Shown piece by piece: positions 56,675 to 64,000 of a stretch of DNA of 64,000 nucleotides (position 1 is its first letter; each line of letters opens with the position of its first letter). Location: positions 288,001-352,000 of the forward strand of contig CAVTRY010000013.1 of the NCBI GenBank assembly GCA_963737265.1, in the 5' to 3' direction. Source of the DNA: an uncultured delta proteobacterium. Lineage in GTDB: Bacteria > Myxococcota_A > Polyangia > Fen-1088. Both the position numbers and the translations under genes were made by a program. The notes beneath the pieces were generated by a model. The model was given only the letters and a program-made list of their open reading frames with translations. It did no database searches and was not told the origin of the DNA.

Positions 56675-58186
56675 ATGGGTGAAAATCGAACGACGCTCGC
56701 AAGCTCAGTGCTTTGCATCGCCGCGGCGGGAACCGCGTGGCTATCCGGATGCAATCGGTTTGCAGATCGGGACGACGGGGGCACGGCCACTGTCGTGGTG
56801 CGTTCGGATCTGTCGATCGCCGACGTGGCTTCGGTGAAGCTGACCGTACAATCGCCGTCGGCGTTGCCCACGCCGGTCGGCGTGCCGCTCGCGCTCAAGG
56901 GCGGCCAATATTCGGCGCAGGTCAGCAACCTGCCCATCGCTTCGGACTATGTTTTCGTCGCGGACGCCAAGAAGTCGGATGGGACGTCGATCTTTCACGG
57001 CGCCGACGCCAACGTCGCCATCAGCAAAGGCGACACAGCCCAGGTCACCATCTACTTGAGCCAGGTCAACCCGCTCGGCTTCGCGGACTCGGCGCCAATC
57101 ATCGACGCCGTGTTCTTCGATGCCAACCAAGTAGCCCAGGGCGGAACGGTCCACTTGTCAGCCATTGCGCATGATGCCGATGCAGGTCAAACGGCGACGC
57201 TGACTTTCGTTTGGACATCGACGTGTGGAGCGACCATCGTGGCCGCCGCGCCGTCGGGTGGATCGGACAGTAGCCCGCGTTCGGATACGGCCACGTTCAC
57301 GGACCCGAATGCAGACGTCGACTGTCAAGTCAATCTGACGGTCACGGACGTCCTCGGTGAGCCCAACCAGGCCACGTTTACGATTCGCGTGGGCCTCGGC
57401 GGCAGCGGCAGCGGCGGCGCCAACGTCGTGGCCATCGTCGACGGTGCGCCGGCGATCGTCGGCTTGACCGCGAATCCGTCGCAAATCACTGTCGGTGCGA
57501 CAGGCGGCGGCACCCTGACCGTGGCAGCCACTGATCCCGAGGGCGACCCGTTGAATTACCAGTGGGCGTCGACGACAGCGGGCTGCTCGGTTTTTCTGGC
57601 AACGCCGACCGCACCCTCAACCAGCTTTCTGGTCAGCGCGGTTTCGGCTTCGTTCTGCACCTTCACCATCACCGTCAACGATGGCACCTGGCCGGGCACC
57701 GCCATCGTCAAGAACACGGTTGTGTCCAGCCTGACGTTGCCAGTTGGGAGCCCGGCGATTGCGTCGCCGCCGCTTTACGGCCTAGCCTATCAGTCGGACA
57801 ATACCGCGACCGGTGGCGAGGCGATCGTGCTGGCCGCGGTAGCCAGCGATCCGGCGGGCGGAACGCTGACCTACAATTGGAAGGTCAAGTCCGGCTCCAC
57901 CGGCAGCGTCGCGGGCTCGACTCCAGTTGCGCTCGGACTCGACCCCATCTTCACCACCGCCGGTACTTGGACCGCCCCCGCGGGCGTCGAGGATGGCACC
58001 GCGGCGGTGGTCATTGCGGTAACCGCCACGAGCTCCAAGTCTGGGTTCACGGCCGAGTACGATTTTACGCTCATTCCGGCCAACGACCAATGTTTTGCGG
58101 CGGCCGACGGGAGCGCGTGCGCCGTTTCCGGCAACACGGGAAGTGCAAGCGCTGTCGACAGCAACGTCGCGCGACTGAGTCCGTAG
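56675..58186 (+). CDS. Ig-like repeat lipoprotein, shorter paralog of 53069..56437
   Basis: GGAGG before ATG 56675; lipobox LSGC; SVKLTVQSP, GLAYQSDNT and LGLDPIFTTAGTWTAP shared with the paralog. Confidence 0.78.
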   Translation: MGENRTTLASSVLCIAAAGTAWLSGCNRFADRDDGGTATVVVRSDLSIADVASVKLTVQSPSALPTPVGVPLALKGGQYSAQVSNLPIASDYVFVADAKKSDGTSIFHGADANVAISKGDTAQVTIYLSQVNPLGFADSAPIIDAVFFDANQVAQGGTVHLSAIAHDADAGQTATLTFVWTSTCGATIVAAAPSGGSDSSPRSDTATFTDPNADVDCQVNLTVTDVLGEPNQATFTIRVGLGGSGSGGANVVAIVDGAPAIVGLTANPSQITVGATGGGTLTVAATDPEGDPLNYQWASTTAGCSVFLATPTAPSTSFLVSAVSASFCTFTITVNDGTWPGTAIVKNTVVSSLTLPVGSPAIASPPLYGLAYQSDNTATGGEAIVLAAVASDPAGGTLTYNWKVKSGSTGSVAGSTPVALGLDPIFTTAGTWTAPAGVEDGTAAVVIAVTATSSKSGFTAEYDFTLIPANDQCFAAADGSACAVSGNTGSASAVDSNVARLSP

Positions 58187-58262
58187 ATAACGCCCGCCGG
58201 GCGCGGGATCGCAACGTTCCGGTGACAGAAGCGCGACAACAGCGCGTACGCCTGCATTTCTG

Positions 58263-58292
58263 TTGACCCGCAAAACTGGCCGCTGCTATAGC
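58263..58292 (+). promoter_or_regulatory. Putative sigma70 promoter
   Basis: TTGACC-N18-TATAGC with TG extension, upstream of ATG 58325. Confidence 0.4.
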
Positions 58293-58324
58293 CAGGCCAT
58301 TAGACGACGGCTGACGAGGACTAG

Positions 58325-59632
58325 ATGAAATCAGCGAAAACCCGTGCATTGTTTACTGTTCTGTCGATTGCCGGAGCCTTCCACGGTAGCCACGCCCTCG
58401 CCCAGGGTGGAATACCTGACTGTTCCACGCTTCCCAATCCCATCTACATGACCGGCACCACCGCGGTCGAGCCGATGGTGCAGGAGCTCGGCGCGAGGCT
58501 GAGGCAACTTAATGTGACTCTTCTGTGGAACGAAACCGGGGATGGCTGTGGTGCGACAAGCGACTTGGCCTTCCCCTCCCCGTCTGTGGCACCTGTTCTG
58601 AGCACGTTCAGCTACTACGAGGAAGTACCCGCGGCCCAGGTCGATGGGGCACCCCCGAAAATCACGCCCCTATCTTGCAACGCGACTCGACCATCCGACT
58701 CCCGCTCGGATCTGGTCATCAACGACCTTTTTTGGCAGGACTGCGCGGCGGCATCCGCGGCTTCGAGCCTGGCGTCCTTGCCGTCCGACTACATGGAATT
58801 TCAGGGCCCGGTGCAGGGTCTCGTGCCCATCGTCCAGGATTCGTATTACTACGTCAGCGACATCATGGCCGAAGAGCTGCTGGACATTTTTGGCTGCGGG
58901 GCCAGTGGCAAAATCCTAACATTCACCGACAATTCCGCCATTTTGGACTACTGCTACAACAGCGGGATGAAGGCGCTGTGGGACATTAGCCTGGGCCAGC
59001 CAGTCAGCGTGTTTCATGCCCCAACAAATAACGTCTTATGTCCGAGCGCTCTCACGATGATAATTCAAGTGAATAGCCATGTCGCGCTCACGGCCATCAG
59101 CTATACCTCAACCGAGGCCTGGGACCAGGACCGCGGCGCCGTTCGGGCTCTGAAGGTGCGGGGCCTGAACCAGAACCTGGCCTATTTCCCCGACAGTAGC
59201 AGCGTCGCCCGGGACAAGATCAACATCCGAGAAGGCCGCTATACGATTCAAGGTTCGCTAAAACTGGTTGCGCACGTCGCTGCGATGGACGGGGGTGGAC
59301 AGCCACAGCCGGACAATCCCGCCGCCAAGCGAATGATCGATTGGTTGCAAGGAAATCCGGTCCAGGACCCGACTTTGCAGCTTCCGTTCGACATTATCGA
59401 TGTCTATGCGCAAAGCGGGGTGGTTCCCCAGTGCGCGATGAAGGTCATCAAGGACACAGACGCTCCGCTTTTCCGGCCCTATCAGCCAGAAAACCCGTGC
59501 GGCTGCTATTTCCAAATCCAAGCCACGGGAGCCAGCATTCTTGGCTGTGAGCCCTGCCAAGATTCGTCCACCTGCCCGACCGGCACGGCATGCTATTTCC
59601 ATGGCATTCCCGCCCAGGGCTACTGCGAGTAA
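58325..59632 (+). CDS. Secreted Cys-rich protein, probable divergent PBP/PstS-like fold
   Basis: Signal peptide; IYMTGTTA, NSG, AISY, NIREGRYTI; C-terminal Cys cluster CGCYF...C..C...C....C. Confidence 0.55.
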   Translation: MKSAKTRALFTVLSIAGAFHGSHALAQGGIPDCSTLPNPIYMTGTTAVEPMVQELGARLRQLNVTLLWNETGDGCGATSDLAFPSPSVAPVLSTFSYYEEVPAAQVDGAPPKITPLSCNATRPSDSRSDLVINDLFWQDCAAASAASSLASLPSDYMEFQGPVQGLVPIVQDSYYYVSDIMAEELLDIFGCGASGKILTFTDNSAILDYCYNSGMKALWDISLGQPVSVFHAPTNNVLCPSALTMIIQVNSHVALTAISYTSTEAWDQDRGAVRALKVRGLNQNLAYFPDSSSVARDKINIREGRYTIQGSLKLVAHVAAMDGGGQPQPDNPAAKRMIDWLQGNPVQDPTLQLPFDIIDVYAQSGVVPQCAMKVIKDTDAPLFRPYQPENPCGCYFQIQATGASILGCEPCQDSSTCPTGTACYFHGIPAQGYCE

Positions 59633-59641
59633 TCGCGCACG

Positions 59642-59938
59642 ATGCCAGCAACAAGGAGAACGAAAGTGCGGAGACGACTAACAAGTGGATTCTGTGCTTG
59701 CATCATGGGTGCGCTGGTCATGGCGGGGTGCAGCAGCGGCAAGAGTGGCGCGGCTGATTCCGGCCCCCCGGATTTGAGTGCCGATACGGCGCTGCAAACC
59801 CCTGGACTCGATGCCGGCTGCGACGATTCGGCGGCTGGCATCAGCTACTGCATCATCAATCCACCGGGACCTGTCTTGGGGGGCGGAACCGTGATCATCC
59901 GGGTCACGCCGACGCCGTTCCAACAGTGCAAGTATTAA
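59642..59938 (+). CDS. Small lipoprotein
   Basis: Lipobox VMAGC; fills the gap in a co-oriented operon. Confidence 0.6.
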   Translation: MPATRRTKVRRRLTSGFCACIMGALVMAGCSSGKSGAADSGPPDLSADTALQTPGLDAGCDDSAAGISYCIINPPGPVLGGGTVIIRVTPTPFQQCKY

Positions 59939-59963
59939 CAGACAAAGTCAGGGGCAGTTACTC

Positions 59964-61610
59964 GTGAAAACAGCGTCGTGCCGGTACCTCCGGATGTCCA
60001 ATTCCGCTCACCGCATGAGCAAACGCAGGAGGGTGGGGTGGAAAACGGTGTGGGTGACTGCTTGCGCGGCCGGCCTTCTGGGCGGCGTGTCCGGCGAGCG
60101 GCGATCCATGGCGGAGCCGACCGAGGCGAGCGCTGGCGGCGCCAAGGCCGCCCGCAAGCACGTCAAGGAACCAGCCCCCGATCCGATGGCCGAGGTCGAG
60201 AAGCTCCGAGCGGATTTCGAAAAGCGATTCGAGGAGCAGGAGGCTTCGGCCAAGAGCCGTGAAGAGGCACTGAAGCAAGAGGAGGCCGCCGCCGTTGCAG
60301 CGGCTCGCGCTGCGGCTGAAAAGAGTTTGGCTGCGGACAGGGTGGAGCGTCAGGCGGAAACCCTTCGGCTGCAAAAGGCATTGGCAGCAGCCGCGGCAAG
60401 AGAAGACCAGAGGGAAAAGGACGCCGCGCCAGCGGTAGGCGGAGCGCGCGGCCTTTCACTCTATGGTTACGTTCAGGCCGATTACCAATTGCGGCAGTCG
60501 TCCGAGGACCAGCTTAACCCCACCAGCGGAACCCCTCTTAACCAGGACCGCTTCCTCGTCCGGCGCGCGCGACTGGGGGTGCTGTTCGAGCGGCGGTATG
60601 GCGAAGGCCGCCTTGAAGTCGACGGAAACACCGTTAACGGACCGACGCTGGGTTTGGTGGGCGCCGAGGCATCGGTCAAATTGCCCGGCCGGGCCGAGGG
60701 AGATATTCCCTTGGTAAAGGCGACGCTTGGCTCGTTCAGAATTCCCTTCGGCGTCGAGACGCCCCAGGACGACCGGGATCGCTTCTTTCTGGAACGGACC
60801 ACGGCTTCGCGCGCCTTTTTCCCAGGGCAATACGACTTGGGCGCCCGACTGGCCGGCGGCTGGCAGTTCGTCCGCTACGCGATTGCGGTCCAGAATGGTC
60901 AACCTTTGGGCGGCAATCAGTTCCCCGGACTCGATCCCAATCACCAGAAGGACATCCTGGGTCGCGTCGGCGTGGAGGGCACGATTCGCCGCAAGGTCGA
61001 TGTTGTCGCCGGGGTGTCGGCGTTACGCGGAACCGGCTTCCACAGTGGAAGCCTGGCCAGCAAATCGACGGTTCAATGGATCAACACCAGCGAAACCGGC
61101 TCTCTCTCCACCACTGAGCTGGTGGGGAGCCCGGCGCTGGCCGCTGGTCCTTCCTCCTCGTTCACTCGGTTCGGATTTGGGGCCGATATGCTGTTGACCG
61201 GGCGCCTTCTGCGCGTGGGAACGACGAGCCTCGGCGCCGAATTCTACCTGGCCAGCAACCTGGACCGTGGTGTCTTTCCCGCGGATCCTCAGAACAGTGC
61301 AATTGATAGGAATCTGAGGGAGATAGGCTATTACTTCTCGCTGACGCAAGAGATTGGGCGCTTCATGATTGGGACGCGATTTGACTACTACAACCCCGAC
61401 CAGGATTCGAATATGAACAGCAAGGGCAGTCCCGTGCCCACAGATGTTAGCTACGCGACGCTGGCCGCGGCGGGCGCCTGCATGGCATCCTGGGGACGCT
61501 TCATTGTCGAATACGACCACAATTGGAACCACCTTGGGATCGGTTTCAATGGGATGCCCAGCAATCTCAAGGACGACGCCTTGATTGCGCGCGGCGAGGT
61601 GCGATTCTGA
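59964..61610 (+). CDS. Outer-membrane beta-barrel porin (OprO/OprP-like) with N-terminal coiled coil
   Basis: LYGYVQAD, FLVRRARL, G.FRIPFG.E, FLER, DLGARL, KDILGRV, RFDYYNP, C-terminal Phe; start uncertain. Confidence 0.7.
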   Translation: MKTASCRYLRMSNSAHRMSKRRRVGWKTVWVTACAAGLLGGVSGERRSMAEPTEASAGGAKAARKHVKEPAPDPMAEVEKLRADFEKRFEEQEASAKSREEALKQEEAAAVAAARAAAEKSLAADRVERQAETLRLQKALAAAAAREDQREKDAAPAVGGARGLSLYGYVQADYQLRQSSEDQLNPTSGTPLNQDRFLVRRARLGVLFERRYGEGRLEVDGNTVNGPTLGLVGAEASVKLPGRAEGDIPLVKATLGSFRIPFGVETPQDDRDRFFLERTTASRAFFPGQYDLGARLAGGWQFVRYAIAVQNGQPLGGNQFPGLDPNHQKDILGRVGVEGTIRRKVDVVAGVSALRGTGFHSGSLASKSTVQWINTSETGSLSTTELVGSPALAAGPSSSFTRFGFGADMLLTGRLLRVGTTSLGAEFYLASNLDRGVFPADPQNSAIDRNLREIGYYFSLTQEIGRFMIGTRFDYYNPDQDSNMNSKGSPVPTDVSYATLAAAGACMASWGRFIVEYDHNWNHLGIGFNGMPSNLKDDALIARGEVRF

Positions 61611-62578
61611 TGGCGTGCCGGAGCGGAAAGATCGCCGTTCTTCCCGTGATTTGGTCGGTGTTGGTCGTATCGGGATGCGAATGGTCGGGTTCGTCTGCGA
61701 CGGGACTGGGCTCGCTGCTTCGTGTGGCCGGTGCACAGGCAATGGGAGGTTCGATTACCGATCCTCCGGACCAGATTCCCGCCACGGTAGCTCCCACCAC
61801 GAGCAACAATCTCATCTTTCCCGGTGTGAGCAATAAGGTGCTCTCGGGCGTGGTTGGTCCCAACGCCACCGCAGCGGCAATTGGTGTTCCGGGCGACGAC
61901 GGTTTCTGGCTGGTACCCGCGCTGGATACCGTAAATACGGATTCGTCCAGCTTTAGGGCACAGCTTTCCTTTTCGCCCGCACTTGGACAGAGCCCCCTGC
62001 TTCAGCATGATGCGGCCGATGGCTTCACCACGGTGACCCTCGCCTTTCGCGCGGTGGACGACAAGGGCCGGTTCGGCGTAGCCATAACCTCGGACTTGAG
62101 GGTCCAGTTGAACGACTTCACCGGCAAGAGCCTGGTGGTCTCCCTGATATGGGATTCTCCCGTCGATCTGGATCTCCACGTGCTGGTGCCCGCGCCTGCG
62201 GGATACACGGAAGTTTGGTCCAAGGAACCGGCGGCGACTCCAGCGATAGCGGCAACTGCCACGACGACCGCCTCGGCTGCCGACGGAGTGCTCGATTTCG
62301 ATTCCAATGCCGCATGCACCATCGACAATCGCGATCAGGAAGACGTGGTTTGGACGGGGACGCCTCCCGGCGGCCACTACATCGTACGCGTGGAGGCATT
62401 CTCTCTTTGCGGACTGGTTTCGGCGGGATGGCATGCCCTGGCGTATGTGCCCGCGAGCGCGGGCGCTGGCGCGGACACGACCCTGGGCGAGGCCTCCGGC
62501 ATTCTAACCGAGGCCAGTACGCGTGGTGCCCACGGCGCCGGTGCTGGCATCACCGCATTCGAGTTCGACTATCCCTAG
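61610..62578 (+). CDS. Lipoprotein with YfaP/DUF2135-like C-terminal domain
   Basis: ATG overlaps the porin stop; lipobox VSGC; LIWDSPVDLDLHV, LDFDSN, GHYIVRV. Confidence 0.65.
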   Translation: MACRSGKIAVLPVIWSVLVVSGCEWSGSSATGLGSLLRVAGAQAMGGSITDPPDQIPATVAPTTSNNLIFPGVSNKVLSGVVGPNATAAAIGVPGDDGFWLVPALDTVNTDSSSFRAQLSFSPALGQSPLLQHDAADGFTTVTLAFRAVDDKGRFGVAITSDLRVQLNDFTGKSLVVSLIWDSPVDLDLHVLVPAPAGYTEVWSKEPAATPAIAATATTTASAADGVLDFDSNAACTIDNRDQEDVVWTGTPPGGHYIVRVEAFSLCGLVSAGWHALAYVPASAGAGADTTLGEASGILTEASTRGAHGAGAGITAFEFDYP

Positions 62579-62587
62579 GTCGCGACG

Positions 62588-64000
62588 ATGATGCGTGCCT
62601 TCGCCCTAGCCGCCACGTTCCTCGTCGCGGTCGGTTACCCCTTGACGGTTCGCGGCCAGGGCGAGTCCGGCGCCGAGCCCGAGGCAGGGAAACACCTGAC
62701 GCCTCCCAAGCTGCGGAAATTCGTCGAGGCGAAGTACCCAACTGACAAGCAAGCCGCCGGCATGGAAGCCAAGGTGGTGCTGTCGATTGAAGTGGGCGAC
62801 GATGGCAAGGTCGGGACTGTCGAGGTCGTGACCTCCGCCGGGCCGGACTTCGATAGCGCTGCCCTGGCCGCCGTTAAGCAATTCGAGTTCGAGCCGGCCA
62901 CCTTGGACGGTGTCCCGGTTCCGGTAAAGATACATTACGCCTACAAGTTCGTGGTGAAAGAGGTCATGGTCGCGGTCGGACCCCAAATCAATTTCGAGGG
63001 CGTGGTCATGGACCGCTTCACCAAGGTCCCGTCGCGCGGTGTGAAAGTGAAGATCCTCGACGCCGGGGTCGAGACATCGACCGACCAGGACGGCGCCTTT
63101 GCGTTCACCGATCTTCCGGTCGGCAAGCACGTTGTCGAATTGGCGTCGCGGGAATTGGTGACCATCAAGACCGAGGAAGTGATCACGCGTGGCAAGAAGA
63201 AGTCGGTCAAGTACATGGTCGAGGCCAAGGAAGACGATGTGGACGAGGAGGCCGTGGTTCGCGCCCCTCGCATCAAGAAGGAAGTCGTGGAGACCCGCGT
63301 ACGCACGGAGGAGGCCAAGCGGGTTCCCGGCACGCAGGGCGATACCCTGAAGGTGGTGCAAAACCTTCCCGGCGTGGGTCGATCGGCCTTCGGGTCGGGC
63401 GCCCTGATCGTTTGGGGGTCGGCCCCGCAGGACACGCGGGTCAACGTCGATGGCGTGGAGATTCCGGTGCTGTATCACGTGGGCGGCATGCGTTCGACGA
63501 TCAACACCGACCTCGTGCGCTCGATCGATCTGTCGCCCGGATCCTTCGGCGCCGAGTACGGTCGCGGGCTGGGCGGCTTGGTGCGCATCGAATTGCAGGA
63601 TCCTAGTCGCGAAGGCGTGCATGGCTACGTCGCGGCCGACATCATGGATGTGTCGGGCATGGTCTCCGCGGCGATTACCCCCAATATCCGATTGGCGGTT
63701 GCCGGCCGCCAAGGTTACCTCGACCAGACCCTCAAGGCCGCGGTGTCCAGCAACGTGGAATCTTTCTTTCCCATCCCACGCTACGACGATTACCAGGCAC
63801 GGGCCTCGCTCACGCTTGGCAAGGACGAGGAGCTGACGGCGACCTTCCTTGCATCCGACGACCACCTTCGCTTCACCGTACCCTCGACAGATCCGCTGGA
63901 AGTCAAGACGCAGGATACGACCCTGCTCTACCGCCGGTTCATCGTTCGCTACACCCGCCTTCTGCCCGATGGATCCAGTATCGCGTTTACACCGTCCTTC
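62588..64000 (+). CDS. TonB-dependent receptor with N-terminal TonB-C domain (runs off the 3' edge; absent from the ORF track)
   Basis: Translated by hand: signal peptide, PPKL..FVEAKYP...FDSAALAAVKQFEFEPA (TonB-C), then PGTQGDTLKVVQNLPGV...DGVEIP.LYH...GSFGAEYGRGLGG (plug). Confidence 0.85.
   Translation, partial: MMRAFALAATFLVAVGYPLTVRGQGESGAEPEAGKHLTPPKLRKFVEAKYPTDKQAAGMEAKVVLSIEVGDDGKVGTVEVVTSAGPDFDSAALAAVKQFEFEPATLDGVPVPVKIHYAYKFVVKEVMVAVGPQINFEGVVMDRFTKVPSRGVKVKILDAGVETSTDQDGAFAFTDLPVGKHVVELASRELVTIKTEEVITRGKKKSVKYMVEAKEDDVDEEAVVRAPRIKKEVVETRVRTEEAKRVPGTQGDTLKVVQNLPGVGRSAFGSGALIVWGSAPQDTRVNVDGVEIPVLYHVGGMRSTINTDLVRSIDLSPGSFGAEYGRGLGGLVRIELQDPSREGVHGYVAADIMDVSGMVSAAITPNIRLAVAGRQGYLDQTLKAAVSSNVESFFPIPRYDDYQARASLTLGKDEELTATFLASDDHLRFTVPSTDPLEVKTQDTTLLYRRFIVRYTRLLPDGSSIAFTPSF

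Noticed and set aside
62606-63865. 419-aa minus-strand ORF
   Set aside because: Antisense to the TonB-dependent receptor, which has clear motifs on the plus strand

Overview
GC-rich bacterial DNA whose gene content (Cys-rich lipoproteins, TPR/KKWWFW protein, TonB-fused receptor, minor pilins) resembles Myxococcota/Polyangia; this taxonomy is inferred. In order: a partial CheR-like gene; a frameshifted AlaA-type aminotransferase; a GATase-fold lipoprotein; a coupled three-gene operon (large unknown protein with glutamate-cysteine-ligase-like motifs, pyruvoyl PS-decarboxylase, divergent Lgt-like transferase); a GSU2403-type nucleotidyltransferase between 61-bp direct repeats next to an internally deleted lgt relic; a type IV minor-pilin locus (pilV, pilW, pilX) separated from two giant tandem PilY1 paralogs by two GT-C glycosyltransferases, a lectin-like lipoprotein and a methyltransferase; an O-methyltransferase; an NHEJ cluster (Ku, DUF72, LigD with a dead ligase domain, stand-alone ligase); a GH9 lipoprotein; a small basic Zn-motif protein; and a 23-kb envelope island (modular propeller/Ig/Cys-rich lipoproteins, RCC1 and TPR proteins, two PstS-fold proteins, a porin, a TonB-dependent receptor), several genes of which share an 11-bp-period upstream motif. 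The best candidates for an undescribed system are the ligase-PSD-Lgt operon and the glycosylation-linked dual-PilY1 locus. No rRNA, tRNA, CRISPR array, transposase or integrase was seen. All family calls come from motif recognition by eye, not database searches.
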